A stretch of 64,000 nucleotides of DNA from Macrostomum hystrix (GCA_950097015.1 CATNEN010000041.1:1240001-1304000); one strand, 5' to 3'; counted from the stretch's first letter, positions 23,914 to 37,000 are shown. Numbers and translations: made by a program. Notes: generated by a model from the letters alone, not told the origin.

Positions 23914-26900
23914 AGACTGAATGCCCGGAACTTTGCTCGACAGAAACTAGCCCCACAGCTGAATCGTTTTCAATGAGTGCCATTCGCTCCAGTCTAATGC
24001 GAATAAATAGCTCAGAACAGATCTCTCAAATATATCAAACGTGAGAAGAATAGCAGAGATGGAGTAGTGTGACAGTTCTTGATAGATTAAGGGGTGTTAT
24101 GAAGGGTCAGGAGATGTGAAGGGGAGAAAGGCACAGAGGAGTAGGAGCAAGGGTCAGGAGAATAGGGGAGAAAGGGTCAGGAGAATAGGGGAGAAAGGGT
24201 CAGGAGAATAGGGGAGAAAGGGTCAGGAGAATAGGGGAGAAAGGGTCAGGAGAATAGGGGAGAAAGGGTCAGGAGAATAGGGGAGAAAGGGTCAGGAGAA
24301 TAGGGGAGAAAGGGTCAGGAGGGATGGAGGTGAGCAAGGGTCAGGAGGGATGGAGGGGAGCAAGGGTCAGGAGGGATGGAGGTGAGCAAGGGTCAGGAAG
24401 GATGGAGGTGAGCAAGGGTCAGGAGAGATGGAGGTGAGCAAGGGTCAGGAGGGATGGAGGGGAGCAAGGGTCAGGAGGGATGGAGGTGAGCAAGGGTCAG
24501 GAGGGATGGAGGTGAGCAAGGGTCAGGAGGGATGGAGGTGAGCAAGGGTCAGGAGAGATGGAGGTGAGCAAGGGTCAGGAGAGATGGAGGTGAGCAAGGG
24601 TCAGGAGAGATGGAGGTGAGCAAGGGTCAGGAAGGATGGAGGTGAGCAAGGGTCAGGAAGGATGGAGGTGAGCAAGGGTCAGGAGAGATGGAGGTGAGCA
24701 AGGGTCAGGAGAGATGGAGGTGAGCAAGGGTCAGGAGAGATGGAGGTGAGCAAGGGTCAGGAGAGATGGAGGTGAGCAAGGGTCAGGAGAGATGGAGGGG
24801 AGCAAGGGTCAGGAAGGATGGAGGTGAGCAAGGGTCAGGAGAGATGGAGGGGAGCAAGGGTCAGGAAGGATGGAGGTGAGCAAGGGTCAGGAGGGATGGA
24901 GGGGAGCAAGGGTCAGGAGAGATGGATGTGAGCAAGGGTCAGGAGAGATGGAGGTGAGCAAGGGTCAGGAGAGATGGAGGTGAGCAAGGGTCAGGAGAGA
25001 TGGAGGTGAGCAAGGGTCAGGAAGGATGGAGGTGAGCAAGGGTCAGGAGAGATGGAGGGGAGCAAGGGTCAGGAAGGATGGAGGTGAGCAAGGGTCAGGA
25101 GAGATGGAGGGGAGCAAGGGTCAGGAGGGATGGAGGTGAGCAAGGGTCAGGAGAGATGGAGGTGAGCAAGGGTCAGGAGAGATGGAGGTGAGCAAGGGTC
25201 AGGAGAGATGGAGGTGAGCAAGGGTCAGGAGGGATGGAGGGGAGCAAGGGTCAGGAGGGATGGAGGTGAGCAAGGGTCAGGAGGGATGGAGGGGAGCAAG
25301 GGTCAGGAGGGATGGAGGGGAGCAAGGGTCAGGAGAGATGGAGGTGAGCAAGGGTCAGGAGGGATGGAGGTGAGCAAGGGTCAGGAAGGATGGAGGTGAG
25401 CAAGGGTCAGGAGGGATGGAGGGGAGCAAGGGTCAGGAGGGATGGAGGTGAGCAAGGGTCAGGAGGGATGGAGGTGAGCAAGGGTCAGGAGGGATGGAGG
25501 GGAGCAAGGGTCAGGAGGGATGGAGGGGAGCAAGGGTCAGGAGGGATGGAGGGGAGCAAGGGTCAGGAGAGATGGAGGGGAGCAAGGGTCAGGAGGGATG
25601 GAGGTGAGCAAGGGTCAGGAGGGATGGAGGGGAGCAAGGGTCAGGAGGGATGGAGGTGAGCAAGGGTCAGGAGGGATGGAGGGGAGCAAGGGTCAGGAGG
25701 GATGGAGGGGAGCAAGGGTCAGGAGGGATGGAGGTGAGCAAGGGTCAGGAGGGATGGAGGTGAGCAAGGGTCAGGAGAGATGGAGGTGAGCAAGGGTCAG
25801 GAGAGATGGAGGTGAGCAAGGGTCAGGAGAGATGGAGGGGAGCAAGGGTCAGGAAGGATGGAGGTGAGCAAGGGTCAGGAGAGATGGAGGGGAGCAAGGG
25901 TCAGGAGGGATGGAGGGGAGCAAGGGTCAGGAGGGATGGAGGTGAGCAAGGGTCAGGAGGGATGGAGGGGAGCAAGGGTCAGGAGGGATGGAGGTGAGCA
26001 AGGGTCAGGAGGGATGGAGGGGAGCAAGGGTCAGGAGGGATGGAGGTGAGCAAGGGTCAGGAGGGATGGAGGGGAGCAAGGGTCAGGAGGGATGGAGGGG
26101 AGCAAGGGTCAGGAGGGATGGAGGTGAGCAAGGGTCAGGAGGGATGGAGGTGAGCAAGGGTCAGGAGGGATGGAGGTGACAAGGGTCAGGAGGGATGGAG
26201 GGGAGCAAGGGTCAGGAGGGATGGAGGGGAGCAAGGGTCAGGAGGGATGGAGGTGAGCAAGGGTCAGGAGGGATGGAGGGGAGCAAGGGTCAGGAGGGAT
26301 GGAGGTGAGCAAGGGTCAGGAGGGATGGAGGGGAGCAAGGGTCAGGAGGGATGGAGGTGAGCAAGGGTCAGGAGGGATGGAGGGGAGCAAGGGTCAGGAG
26401 GGATGGAGGTGAGCAAGGGTCAGGAGGGATGGAGGGGAGCAAGGGTCAGGAGGGATGGAGGGGAGCAAGGGTCAGGAGGGATGGAGGGGAGTAAGGGTCA
26501 GGAGAGATGGAGGGGAGCAAGGGTCAGGGGAGATGATTTTTCAGCTGAGCTCAATGCCAAGTTGATCAAACTTCCGCTCCATAATGCTGGCAACACCAGA
26601 GTATTCTTTCTTTTACTCCGCAGGAATTTCTTATCTATCGAGTACTCAAAGCGATCATCTCAATAAAAGTATCATCTTATCAGAAGAGCAGCTAGCCAGT
26701 GCTAAGCGAGACTCAAATACAGATTTAGGTGAGGCCAAAAGCAAATATTTATGAAGTCTGAGAAGAGCACAATGCAACATCTGGCGTAGCTGATTCACCT
26801 CAAATGATTCGACTGCATATTGCATGAGGCCTCCAAAAGCCTCGGACACGGCAGTGTTCTAGCCCTCCCCGCGGAGACTGCGAAAGCGGCAGCTTATCAA

Positions 26901-28963
26901 TCATCATCCCTCACTCGCCTCCACCCAGCTCCCCAGGCCGGGTCGCCTCACACGGCCCCTCTTTCCCCACTATCCCCCGACGATATCCCATCGAACATGG
27001 ACGCATCGGCGCATAGTAAAAACCAGGCCATCCGCCGCAGCCCCTGCGAGGCCTGGAATTTGACCCCGGCCTGGAACTGTGTGCGATTGTTCATAGGCCC
27101 CGAGAAATATTACAGCAACTGCTAATGGACGTAGCTGACAACAGACCTGACTGCCGTCAGCTTTACGAGGCTGTGTACATGTAGATGTCCGACCGAGAGC
27201 TCTGAAGCTCTGGCCGCCCTCCTTCCAGGCACCAGTCCATGATCTTTGGATTATCCGCTTTGGAGCTGGAGTTTCCAAGGTAATTTGTGTTAGGCGAAAC
27301 CCACATACACATACGAGTATAAACTTACACACACACATGCATAAACACACACACACAAACACACCCACAAACAGTTGACTGGTCAGTTAAAAGAGTTACA
27401 AAAGCCAAGTCAAAGATCGCTTTGCATTTCGAGTTAGATTTGCATCATCACAGTCTGACACCTGAGGTCACGGATAAGCACAATAGTTAATAATAAAGTG
27501 AATATCAAATTAGTAATAGTTTAATATTATAATATAGCAGCAGACCAGCGCTGTAACACATGAAAACGGAACCAAAACTGATGATAAATAAGGTGAAATC
27601 CAAATAGATTTTTGTGTGCATTCTTTAGCGATGTTTGCATAAGTCGGTGATCGGTTCTTTGAATACTGAAACGGCAATTGCGAATCAGCATGACTGGGTG
27701 CGGTGAAGGAGACAGAAAGACTAACAAAAGAATAACAGACAGCGGATTACAGAACGCAACTTTTTTGCTACTTTAGAGTAAAGAAAAAACTGGAAACACT
27801 TCAAAGACACAAGACAGCAATGGGGGCTGGCAGCAATGCAAAATGCAGCAGTTTAGATACAAGTTTAGATATTCGTAACAGAACAATAATACAGTAATGA
27901 TGGGAGACTTAATGCGATAGAGAATGCCACGACTGCTGCTGTGATTCCACCTACGACTGCTGCTGCGATTCTACCTACGACTGCTGCTGTGATTCCACCT
28001 ACGACTGCTGCTGCAATTCCACCTACGACTGCTGCTGCGATTCTACCTACGACTGCTGCTGTGATTCCACCTACGACTGCTGCTGCGATTCTACCTACGA
28101 CTGCTGCTGTGATTCCACCTACGACTGCTGCTGCGATTCCACCTACGACTGCTGCTGCGATTCCACCTACGACTGCTGCTGCGATTCCACCTACGACTGC
28201 TGCTGCGATTCCACCTACGACTGCTGCTGCGATTCCACCTACGACTGCTGCTGCAATTCCACCTACGACTGCTGCTGTGATTCCACCTACGACTGCTGCT
28301 GCGATTCCACCTACGACTGCTGCTGCGATTTCACCTACGACTGCTGCTGTGATTCCACCTACGACTGCTTCTGCGATTCAACCTACGACTGCTGCTGCGA
28401 TTCCACCTACGACTGCTGCTGCGATTCCACCTACGACTGCTGCTGCAATTCCACCTACGACTGCTGCTGCGATTCCACCTACGACTGCTGCTGCGATTCC
28501 ACCTACGACTGCTGCTGCAATTCCACCTACGACTGCTGCTGCGATTCCACCTACGACTGCTGCTGCGATTCCACCTACGACTGCTGCTGCGATTCCACCT
28601 ACGACTGCTGCTGCGATTCCACCTACGACTGCTGCTGCGATTCCACCTACGACTGCTGCTGCGATTCCACCTACGACTGCTGCTGTGATTCCACCTACGA
28701 CTGCTGCTGTGATTCCACCTACGACTGCTGCTGCGATTCCACCTACGACTGCTGCTGTGATTCCACCTACGACTGCTGCTGCGATTCCACCTACGACTGC
28801 TGCTGTGATTCCACCTACGACTGCTGCTGCGATTCCACCTACGACTGCTACAGCGATTCTAGCAGCAGCTGAAGAAGTTAATCGAAGAATGGACACGCGC
28901 GGGAAACAAAAAACACGATACAGATTAAAAAAATCGAGATTGAATTTAACAGTGCAACACTGA
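23835..28963 (+). CDS. Putative secreted mucin-like protein; exons 23835-24040 and 27895-28963 (~424 aa)
   Basis: Exon 1 has a signal-like [15 protein letters not shown] and a phase-2 donor AC|GTGAGA. A phase-2 acceptor at 27894 joins in frame to NDGRLNAIENATTAAV(IPPTTAAA)n. The acceptor is A-rich and weak. Confidence 0.4.
24150..26530. repeat. 2.4-kb satellite: 23-bp unit (GGGTCAGGAGAATAGGGGAGAAA) followed by 26-bp unit (GGAGGTGAGCAAGGGTCAGGAGGGAT)
   Basis: Tandem copies seen directly; both units share the core AAGGGTCAGGAG. Confidence 0.97.
27926..28860 (+). repeat. 24-bp tandem repeat (ATTCCACCTACGACTGCTGCTGCG)n, reading IPPTTAAA
   Basis: About 38 units with no frameshifting indels. Confidence 0.95.
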
Positions 28964-29497
28964 AAAGTTTCAGTCGAAATTGAATTAACTGTAACTCCAG
29001 TTACAGTTGTTAGCAATATTAGACAATCTAAATAAATACTCTTTGGATGTGCATGCTTTGGGGAAAGTTCTGTTTGTTCTACTTATAGTAGAGCACTATG
29101 AAAATATGAGCGAAACAAAAAGAATTAAAATTCCATAAACACTAACACAGGATATAACAAATCACTATCAAGTGACGTGTAAAGCAAAAAGTTGATCAGA
29201 GATTTGTGCGACTGAGGCACAAAGCCATGCAAATAGTAAAAAAATAATAATCCTGAACTTGGTTCGCCCTGAACTTAACTTCTTTGTACCCTTTTCGAAC
29301 TGATTGTCGAAGTTTATCACCTACTCTCACACTTGAGTCCATCTCACCCCTTCACACCCATATCAATCTCACCCCCTCACATACATATTAATCTCACCCC
29401 CTCACACCCATATTAATCTCACCCCCACGCACATATCACAATCTCACCTCGCACCCATATCACAGTCACTCTCTGGTATCCGCCATGGCACCCAGAT

Positions 29498-31522
29498 CTA
29501 GATTCGATCTGCGCTCTGCGCTTTCCCGAACTGCGAGACGGCGACGATGGCGGCATCGGCAGACGCGGTGGCCGTCGTGGACTGCGCCGGGGGAGCCACG
29601 GCGAAGAGCGGCCTCGGACGGCTCAGTGAGAAGTACGGCAGAGTCTGTGGCGAGCCGGGGCGCAGCTGATGCTGCAGTTGGACAGGCGGCGGCTGCTGAT
29701 GGGGCACCGGACTGCCGCAGTGGCGAAGGCTCGGACAGGAGGCCGGATGGAAGCCGCCACCGCCACCCCCGGCGTGAGGGAATGGCGGAAGTAGCTGGCG
29801 CTGCTGCTGCTGCTGCGGATAAGCACCTGGAAGTCGCATTGGGGAAGCTGGGTCTATCACCAGCTCAGGCCTGCCAGCGCTCAACCAGTTCGGCTGGCAG
29901 CGGAAGTCGCCGGCGCTGGAAGCGGAAGTTGTCGCGGCAGCCACCGCGTCGTCAGCTGACCAGGCGACTCGGCTGCCGCCGCCTCCGCCTGCACCGATAG
30001 CGGGAGAACGAGATCGGATGGGGCCACCGGATGATCGGCGACCAACTGGCTGCTGCTGCTGTTGCTGAAGCCGCAGTTGCTGGGCAATTGTCTGCTGGAT
30101 GTCTTCTAGAAGAGGGTGAAATTTGGACTAATGAATAGTTGTAATTACAATATTACAAGAATTCTGAGGCACTGCCACAACGCACAACTCACACAGGTGC
30201 AGTGTACATCTGCTCTGACTTTCTCATCATACAGTGCACACTCTCGCAGTGCCTTGATGGTTAGTTTACTACAAGCCCCCAAGCCTTCTCTCCGACGCTG
30301 CGCCAAAAATTAATGTAGCCTCGTCACAGATTGTCAATCAGGCACGGGTCGATCACACCCCGGAACCCTGGCGACCTGTCATTCACGCACCGATTCGCTT
30401 GTCCGCTATGGACAGTCCGGCCGAGGACGGCTGCAGCAATGCAGTTGCCGACGGAGACGAAGGCGGCACTGGCGAGTGCTGCTGCTGCAGAAGCAATAGC
30501 GGTGGCGGAGGCAAAAACGGCGGACAGTCGGCGTCGGGCTTGACGCTCCTGCAGCTGCCAGCCAAGCCCAGGGCCAGCTCCAGCTCGGCATCTGTGAGGT
30601 AGTTCACCCCCAGCTCCAGCTCCGTGTCCGGCTCTTCGATGAGCGGCAGCTCGGGGGGCTCATCAGTCTGGCAGGCCTGCTCGGTGGGAAATAAAATGCC
30701 TCTGGAGTCGGGAGTGGTGTAGACTGGGGTCAGAGCATTTTGTCTAGTCTGGGATCACACAGTGGACCATCTCAAATTCTCGGGGGGGTCGGTGGCACAG
30801 CGGGGGGTCGGTGGCAGAGCGGTTATCGCGTTTTCCACTCGCACCACGGTCCCTAAGTTCGATTCCACGGCGAGGCCACATTTATTTGTGGCGCAGCCGC
30901 GGAGAGAAGGCTTTGGGGGCTTGTCGTGCAATTCACGCCCTTGAGGGCCAACCTCCAAGGCACAATAAAATGTTCACTGCCTGAGGATGAGAAAGTCAGG
31001 GCAGGTGTACACACCTGTGTGAGCGTATGCCCGTGTACAGTATCTCAGGAGTCCGCAAAATAGGCAGAATTGCCTCCTCGCTGGCTGCGGGTCAAATGTC
31101 ACCAAATGATGTGCCATTGCCCGCAGCTTTCCTGCAATTATTATTTATTTCTTTTATCTCACCTTCTCGACTACAATAGGCGATGCCACCGCTGAGGCCG
31201 CCGCGGCGGCCGCTCTAAGAAGACGCCAGCAGGCCTGCCAAACGTCCGGCTCCCCTGCGGCATCTCCGTTGTCATTGGCAACACAGGCTGAATTAGCATG
31301 GCCGGACACATCGTTCTGTTCGGCTTCTGAAAAAACCCACTGCGGCAGACGGTCGAGAGCTTCGGCAAGCCGACCTGCCAGCCGAGACCGACTGTTGCCA
31401 TCTTCGCCGCCAGCCAGAGAAGGTGGCAGGGAGGCCAGAAGAGAGCAGCAGCCAGTCAGGTAGGTCCGGGTGCAGGTGGCCAGGCTGCGCAATACCATCT
31501 GCTGCGCTGCAGCCGGGACCAT
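29498..31522 (-). CDS. Uncharacterised low-complexity protein (~417 aa); exons 31522-31163, 30676-30391, 30105-29498
   Basis: Three open segments join in frame through AAG|GTGAGA..CAG|GCC (phase 0) and ATCG|GTGCGT..TTCTAG|AA (phase 1). There is an in-frame stop upstream of the ATG. Confidence 0.72.
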
Positions 31523-33547
31523 CGTGGCGTGGCTTTAAGAAGTCTTGCTTCCGATAGGGCACTGAGGCAGGTCGGAAGAGAAGTCCTTGTTTAAAAAATT
31601 TGATGCCTTCTAGCAGATGGATGCGCCTGTTGCTGTGGGCCATGCATATGATGTTTTGCCGATATTGTGAAACATGAAGCTTGCTCATTTAATTAGTAAG
31701 TGTCGAATTAATCCTATGTTAAACAAAATAATAAGGCCTACTCAAAATAATGAAATGATATTTTCAATTTGGTAGCTCTGCCTAAATACAAAATAGTTTC
31801 TAAAATAATTCTGTTTTTTGCAAAAAGAGATATTTTGTGGCAATAGAATGTAAAAACATTAATGACTTTGTATAGTGTGATCAATTAAATTTTGCAATAA
31901 AATGGAAATCTCTAATATATCATACTTGTTTCCAAAGTTAGACTACACCAAGCTAATAAAAAATCTTTTATCTTTCAGCTACCTTAAATTCCATTTGCAT
32001 TTAAGCAACATAACTCATATATAGCTAAAGAAAAGCAGAGTCAATTAACTATAACTGAGATATTGTAGATATTTATAATTTCTACAGATTTTTTATCTAG
32101 CTATTGTATAGGCTTACTTTTTTATTACAAATTTTATACATAACTGTTGTTACCTTTAGAATAGGTGTCTAAAGTGTCTATTTGTCAAGTTTGTTTTGGT
32201 GTTTATATGAACTGCTTTAGAAATTAGAACTATTAAATATAGAATTTGGTAAAAGATCATCATTTTGTTAAAATTATAGTCATGTTTAAGGCACACAGCA
32301 TATGTACAGGAAATAATAGCTTTTAAGCAATCCTTTGTTCTCCAATCCTCTACAATGCAAGAGTCAATCCCCACCTAAACTTGACTAATTAGAAAAGAGT
32401 TAATGTAGTAACCTATTATTATCCTTAGAGCTAGTCAGAGCTGTGGAGGTCTTGGTATATGGTGGTCTTAGTCAAGTGTAGATCATGCTAGGTACATTCC
32501 AGAAAAGTTTGAAAGGCTAAAGTGTATACTAAAGGTTTATTTTGTATGCCTGAAAGTTAAGAGAAGTTTAAAAAGTTGATAAATGGGCAGTGAAATAGTC
32601 ACTTTCTGAATTTTTGGTCATATACTAATTTACTACATAATGATGACTATAGCATACCAATTTTTGGCCTATATTTTATTAAAATACTTAGTAAATAGTA
32701 AAAGCTAAATCTATACCAGATAGGCTTATATAAATTTTGACAGGGTTCTGGCCTCTTTGTCTGCTAACAGACATGGAGTTGACTTCTTAGTAAGCAAGTG
32801 AAATTCATGAGTGCAGACAAGTGGTCAACTAGGCCTTAACAGAAATGAGAAGAAACTTATCACCTTGCAATCAGTACCATGCCAGTGTACATGTCAGTGT
32901 GTAGATAGAAGATCAGCTGACTTTCTTAGTTCTTTGAAAAATTTGAATGGATTTATACATAGGGCCTACTTTTAGTTTTGCATGCAGTAATGCCTTGCTA
33001 TGCAAGAGTGAGAGCATGAGCTTCCCTTCATGGGTATAATTAAACAATCCATAGGACCAACAACAATGTTTTTGTGACAATAAAAGTCAAAGTAGACAAC
33101 TTTGTTTCTATTGTCCTAATAGCAGATGAGTTTGTACAAAGTTTCATTTAAATACAAGTGAATAGCAGACGAGATGGTGGCAGACAAAAATACTGGAAAC
33201 TTTTTCTTATATTATTGAATTACTTAAGTTATACTATGACGAAGTTTCGGTTCCAACGAATAGGCGTAGCAGTTTCGGTTTATTTTAATAGTAAGGTAAA
33301 TTATCAATCGTTACAAAAACTTGGTAGCGGAAAGCACTCTCATGTAATAAATTGGGCCTTCGAAATAAGATATCGTCTTTACGGCGAATGCTGGCTATAT
33401 CTTAGATGGGTTACAGAGCTACTCAATGAATTTCACTTGAAATACAGCTACGGCTACAGTTCAAATTAGACACTGACAAAATAACAACCAGCACTCAGTC
33501 GTAGAACTAGTTACTAGCCCCAGGGAGAGGGAGCCTTCCTGGAAAGG

Positions 33548-34126
33548 CACCCGTATATACACGTTAGGCGGTATAGAACACGGCGAAAACCGCCTAAAAG
33601 GCGGTCCATATCATGCTATATGATATCGTAGCATGATATAGACCGCCTTTTTTAAGCGCATAAAGGCCTTTTATGGCACAAATTTGAACAGCCGTTTCTG
33701 CTAATTTTTTTAGTTCGCTAATGCAAAATATCTATTTTACTACTTTTTAGTAACAATAATTTTAGTGTCACTAGACAAATATTTGAATGGCTTAGTACAA
33801 GTGCTAACAGGTTATATTAATTTATGTAAGCCCAGGGCCTAGCTGTTTATTATTTTTTTATTTCCAAGTCATTGAAACATTAGACAGTCACAGCATTATG
33901 GTATATCTTACATATTAGTCCATTAGAACTCGAGAACAATAAGACTAAACTTTAAAAGTATGGCAGGAATAGGATGGCGCTCAGTTTTTAGCTAGGCCTA
34001 TCGCCGCCTATGCCCTAGTTTAATATAGAAATAATATAGTAAAGCTTAAAACCTATGCTAGCTGTATATTGAGCAGGCATAATAATTAGCTATTCTAGTA
34101 TACTATTGCCTAGCTGCTAGCTGTAG
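33548..34126 (+). repeat. Left TIR (579 bp) of the KDZ element
   Basis: Reverse complement of 51530-52108; no mismatch seen on spot-checking by eye. Confidence 0.95.
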
Positions 34127-34914
34127 AATGAGTGCCTTCTGCTCGACACACTGACAAGATAGCTGTCCTATCATCTATCATTTTACTGTGATTTTACTGT
34201 GATATCATTTTTTGTAATTTTCTTCTTTTCTTCCCATTTTTAAAAGCAAGTAGGGCCTAAACAAATTAAAATTTTCAGATTTTTTTTGCAATTAGTTAAC
34301 TAATACGGTGTCTTCTTGAAGTATATAAAAATATATTTCTATAATTGTTAGTGTGCTGTCCAGATAAGCAGGAAATTATTCCTACAGTACCATAGGAATA
34401 AGACAAAAAAATTTATTGCACTGTGGGGATAAGCACTGCCATAGAAAATTCTATATATAAGGGTCCCTAGTATGCTCAGCACACAATCATGGCACACTAA
34501 GGCCCCTGGGGCACAACAACAATAACAATAGCAAAGCACACCACAGTAGAACAGAGTACAGTTCTAAAAGGTGTACACTATATTTAATCACTGTTCACAT
34601 CATGACTATTTTCTTAGAAACAGTACAAAGAAACAGTTGGCAAAGAAGCATAGATGGCATACAGTTGGCCCAAAAATTGACCCCCAAATTTTTTCCTAGT
34701 GAAAACTATGCCATCTTTATTACTATGCTATGGGTCATAGTCAATCATGTACTATAAACTATAGTGATAACCAATATTCAAAATAAAATAGTACTGTTGT
34801 CTTTTGTATATAGTATATTATTAGTAATTTTATATATTTTATCACTTACATTAGATGCATCTTTCTTATAAACCTATATCATGCTTGCCTTCTATAAATC
34901 CTGCCAGCTATTAA

Positions 34915-35420
34915 ATACCCTGCTGGCCTTTTCTATATCCTGCTAGCATTTTTGACCCTGTTGGCCTTCCACATACCCTGATAATGTTTCCTATGCCCTA
35001 GCACCTATTCCTATGTCCTATTGGCCTTTCCTATACCCTGCTGGCACAATGAGTGCCTTATACCCTACTACTATTCCTTGATAGTCTTTCCCACACCCTG
35101 CTGGCCTTCCCCACACCCTGCTGGACTTCACCACACCTCGTGATGGCCTCTACTTCATTCTGCTGGTCATCCCTGCACCTTAATGGCCATTCCCACACCC
35201 TGGTGGCCTTTCCCACACCCTGGTGGCCTTCCCCACACCCTGCTGGCCTTTCCCACACCCTGCTTGCCTTCACCACACATTGATGGCCATCCACACACCT
35301 TGATGACCTTTCCCAAACCCTGGTGGTCTTCCCCATACCCTGATGGCCTATCCCTGATACAGTTAGCCTTCTCAATCTGGCCATCCACTTACCCGATGGC
35401 CTTTTGCACACCTTGGTGCT
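34915..35420. repeat. Left subterminal array of degenerate ~20-bp units (CTGGCCTTCCCCACACCCTG)
   Basis: The reverse complement of the unit matches right-hand units, e.g. CAGGGTGTGGGGAAGGCCA at ~49825. Confidence 0.85.
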
Positions 35421-35493
35421 CCAGGCGAATGTATGTATGCCACAACCTGGTCACTCACGGAAGCTTATTTTAATATATATTTCCATTATACTA

Positions 35494-36846
35494 CGGGTGT
35501 GTCATAAGTAATGTCACTGTGGTTGTTGTGCGGGAAACCAAAGCAATAATCATCCAAATATAATATATTCTGAAAGTACATTTATTGAGAAGTTGCCACC
35601 ACACCTGAGCAGCAATTTTAATGTCTATGGCCAAAACTGTTGCAAGAATGTGTTAATCAGATTTAGCAAGCGCAATGCGATGAAATCTTCTTTTTGCAAC
35701 GAGCAAAACTCAACATGAATCACGACAAGATGCACATCCAGTTCAACGCTTTCATTCGCTTCAAGCTTGGAAAATCTGCACTTGAAGTAGAGGAGGATCT
35801 CCGGAACACACTGCCAGACAACTGCCCAACTCGCAGGACAATTTACAGGTGGTTTCAGAACTTTACTGATCCTGGGTTCGAATTGGGAGATGCCGCCAGA
35901 TCTGGACGACCATGTTCAACCAGGACAATAGAGAACATCGAAGTCATCAGCGACCTGGTCAAGGAAGACCCGCGGCAGTCTGTCAGGGAGCTAGCGGACT
36001 GCTTGGAGATTGATTTCAAGACAGTCCATCATATCTTGACAGAGGATCTCCATCTCCGAAACGTCTGCTCGGTCTGGGTGCCCCATGACCTCACTGCGGA
36101 CCAACGTCAGGCCCGTGTGAACTGCGCCAATCAGATCCTCAAGGTGTTCAGCAGCCGGGGCTTGGATGACATCCTAAACTGCCTGGTTGTTGAGGATGAG
36201 ACCTGGCTCCACCTGGATGGCAAAAGCAGCAAGGCAGACAATCGCTGCTGGCTGGGAGCTGGGGACTCCAGGCTGACTGTGACCAGGAGGTCTATCTCAG
36301 ACAAGAAGACCATGCTGCTGGTGGCATTCACGCCAAACAAACGAGTCTCCATCTGTACAACTCCGCCAAACACCAAGGTCGATGGCCAGTACTTCATCGA
36401 CTTTGTCCGACACACTGGGAACCTCTGGCGCACGCTCCGGTCAAACCCGATTCACCTGAACGAAGTTCTGTGGCAGATGGACAACGCACGGCCCCACACC
36501 TGTCAGGCTGTTTCGGATTTTCTGGCTGGACGGCGAGTAAACCTGCTCTGGCAGAGTCCCTACAGCCCAGACTTCAACTTGTGCGACAGGTTTCTCTTTA
36601 AATGGCTAAGGCAGACTTTTCCCAGAGAAGTTTCGCAAACCATGATGAGGTCAAAGAAGCCGCGTTGCACTGGTTCCGACAGCTGGAGGAAAAACACCTG
36701 CAGGCTGAGGTAGAGAAGCTGTACGAGCACTGCCAGAGGGTGATTGATATTGGGGGACACTATGTTGTTGATTGATACAGTTTCGTTCATCTGCGATTGT
36801 TAGTTGGTCTGTTTTACCCTCAGTGACATTACTTATGACACACCCG
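35494..36846 (+). mobile_element. Mariner (DD34D) element nested in the KDZ element
   Basis: Perfect 26-bp TIRs CGGGTGTGTCATAAGTAATGTCACTG (35494-35519 and 36821-36846). TA on the left, AA on the right. Confidence 0.95.
35715..36775 (+). pseudogene. Mariner transposase with a single frameshift near 36620
   Basis: HTH, RSGRP, WVPHDL, EDETW, DNARPH and YSPDFNLCD (D34D spacing). The canonical C-terminus FANHDEVKEAALHWF..GGHYVVD lies in another frame. Confidence 0.9.
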
Positions 36847-37000
36847 AAGTATGACTACTATAAGTACTTATTATAAGCTATTAGATTACTATAACAAGTA
36901 ACCTAAGGAATTAGTCTAAAGGAAGACTTAGGACTTATCAATATAAGTCTCTAGATTTTTGCGCTATGTAAAAGCTGGTATTGGTTCTTTAAAATTTCAG

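Noticed and set aside
25208-26666. Repeated MEVSKGQEGWRG ORFs
   Set aside because: Translations of the 26-bp satellite.
35492-35501. Shared TACGGGTG between the mariner end and the KDZ element terminus
   Set aside because: Only 8 bp, and the two elements have unrelated transposases and TSDs; treated as coincidence.
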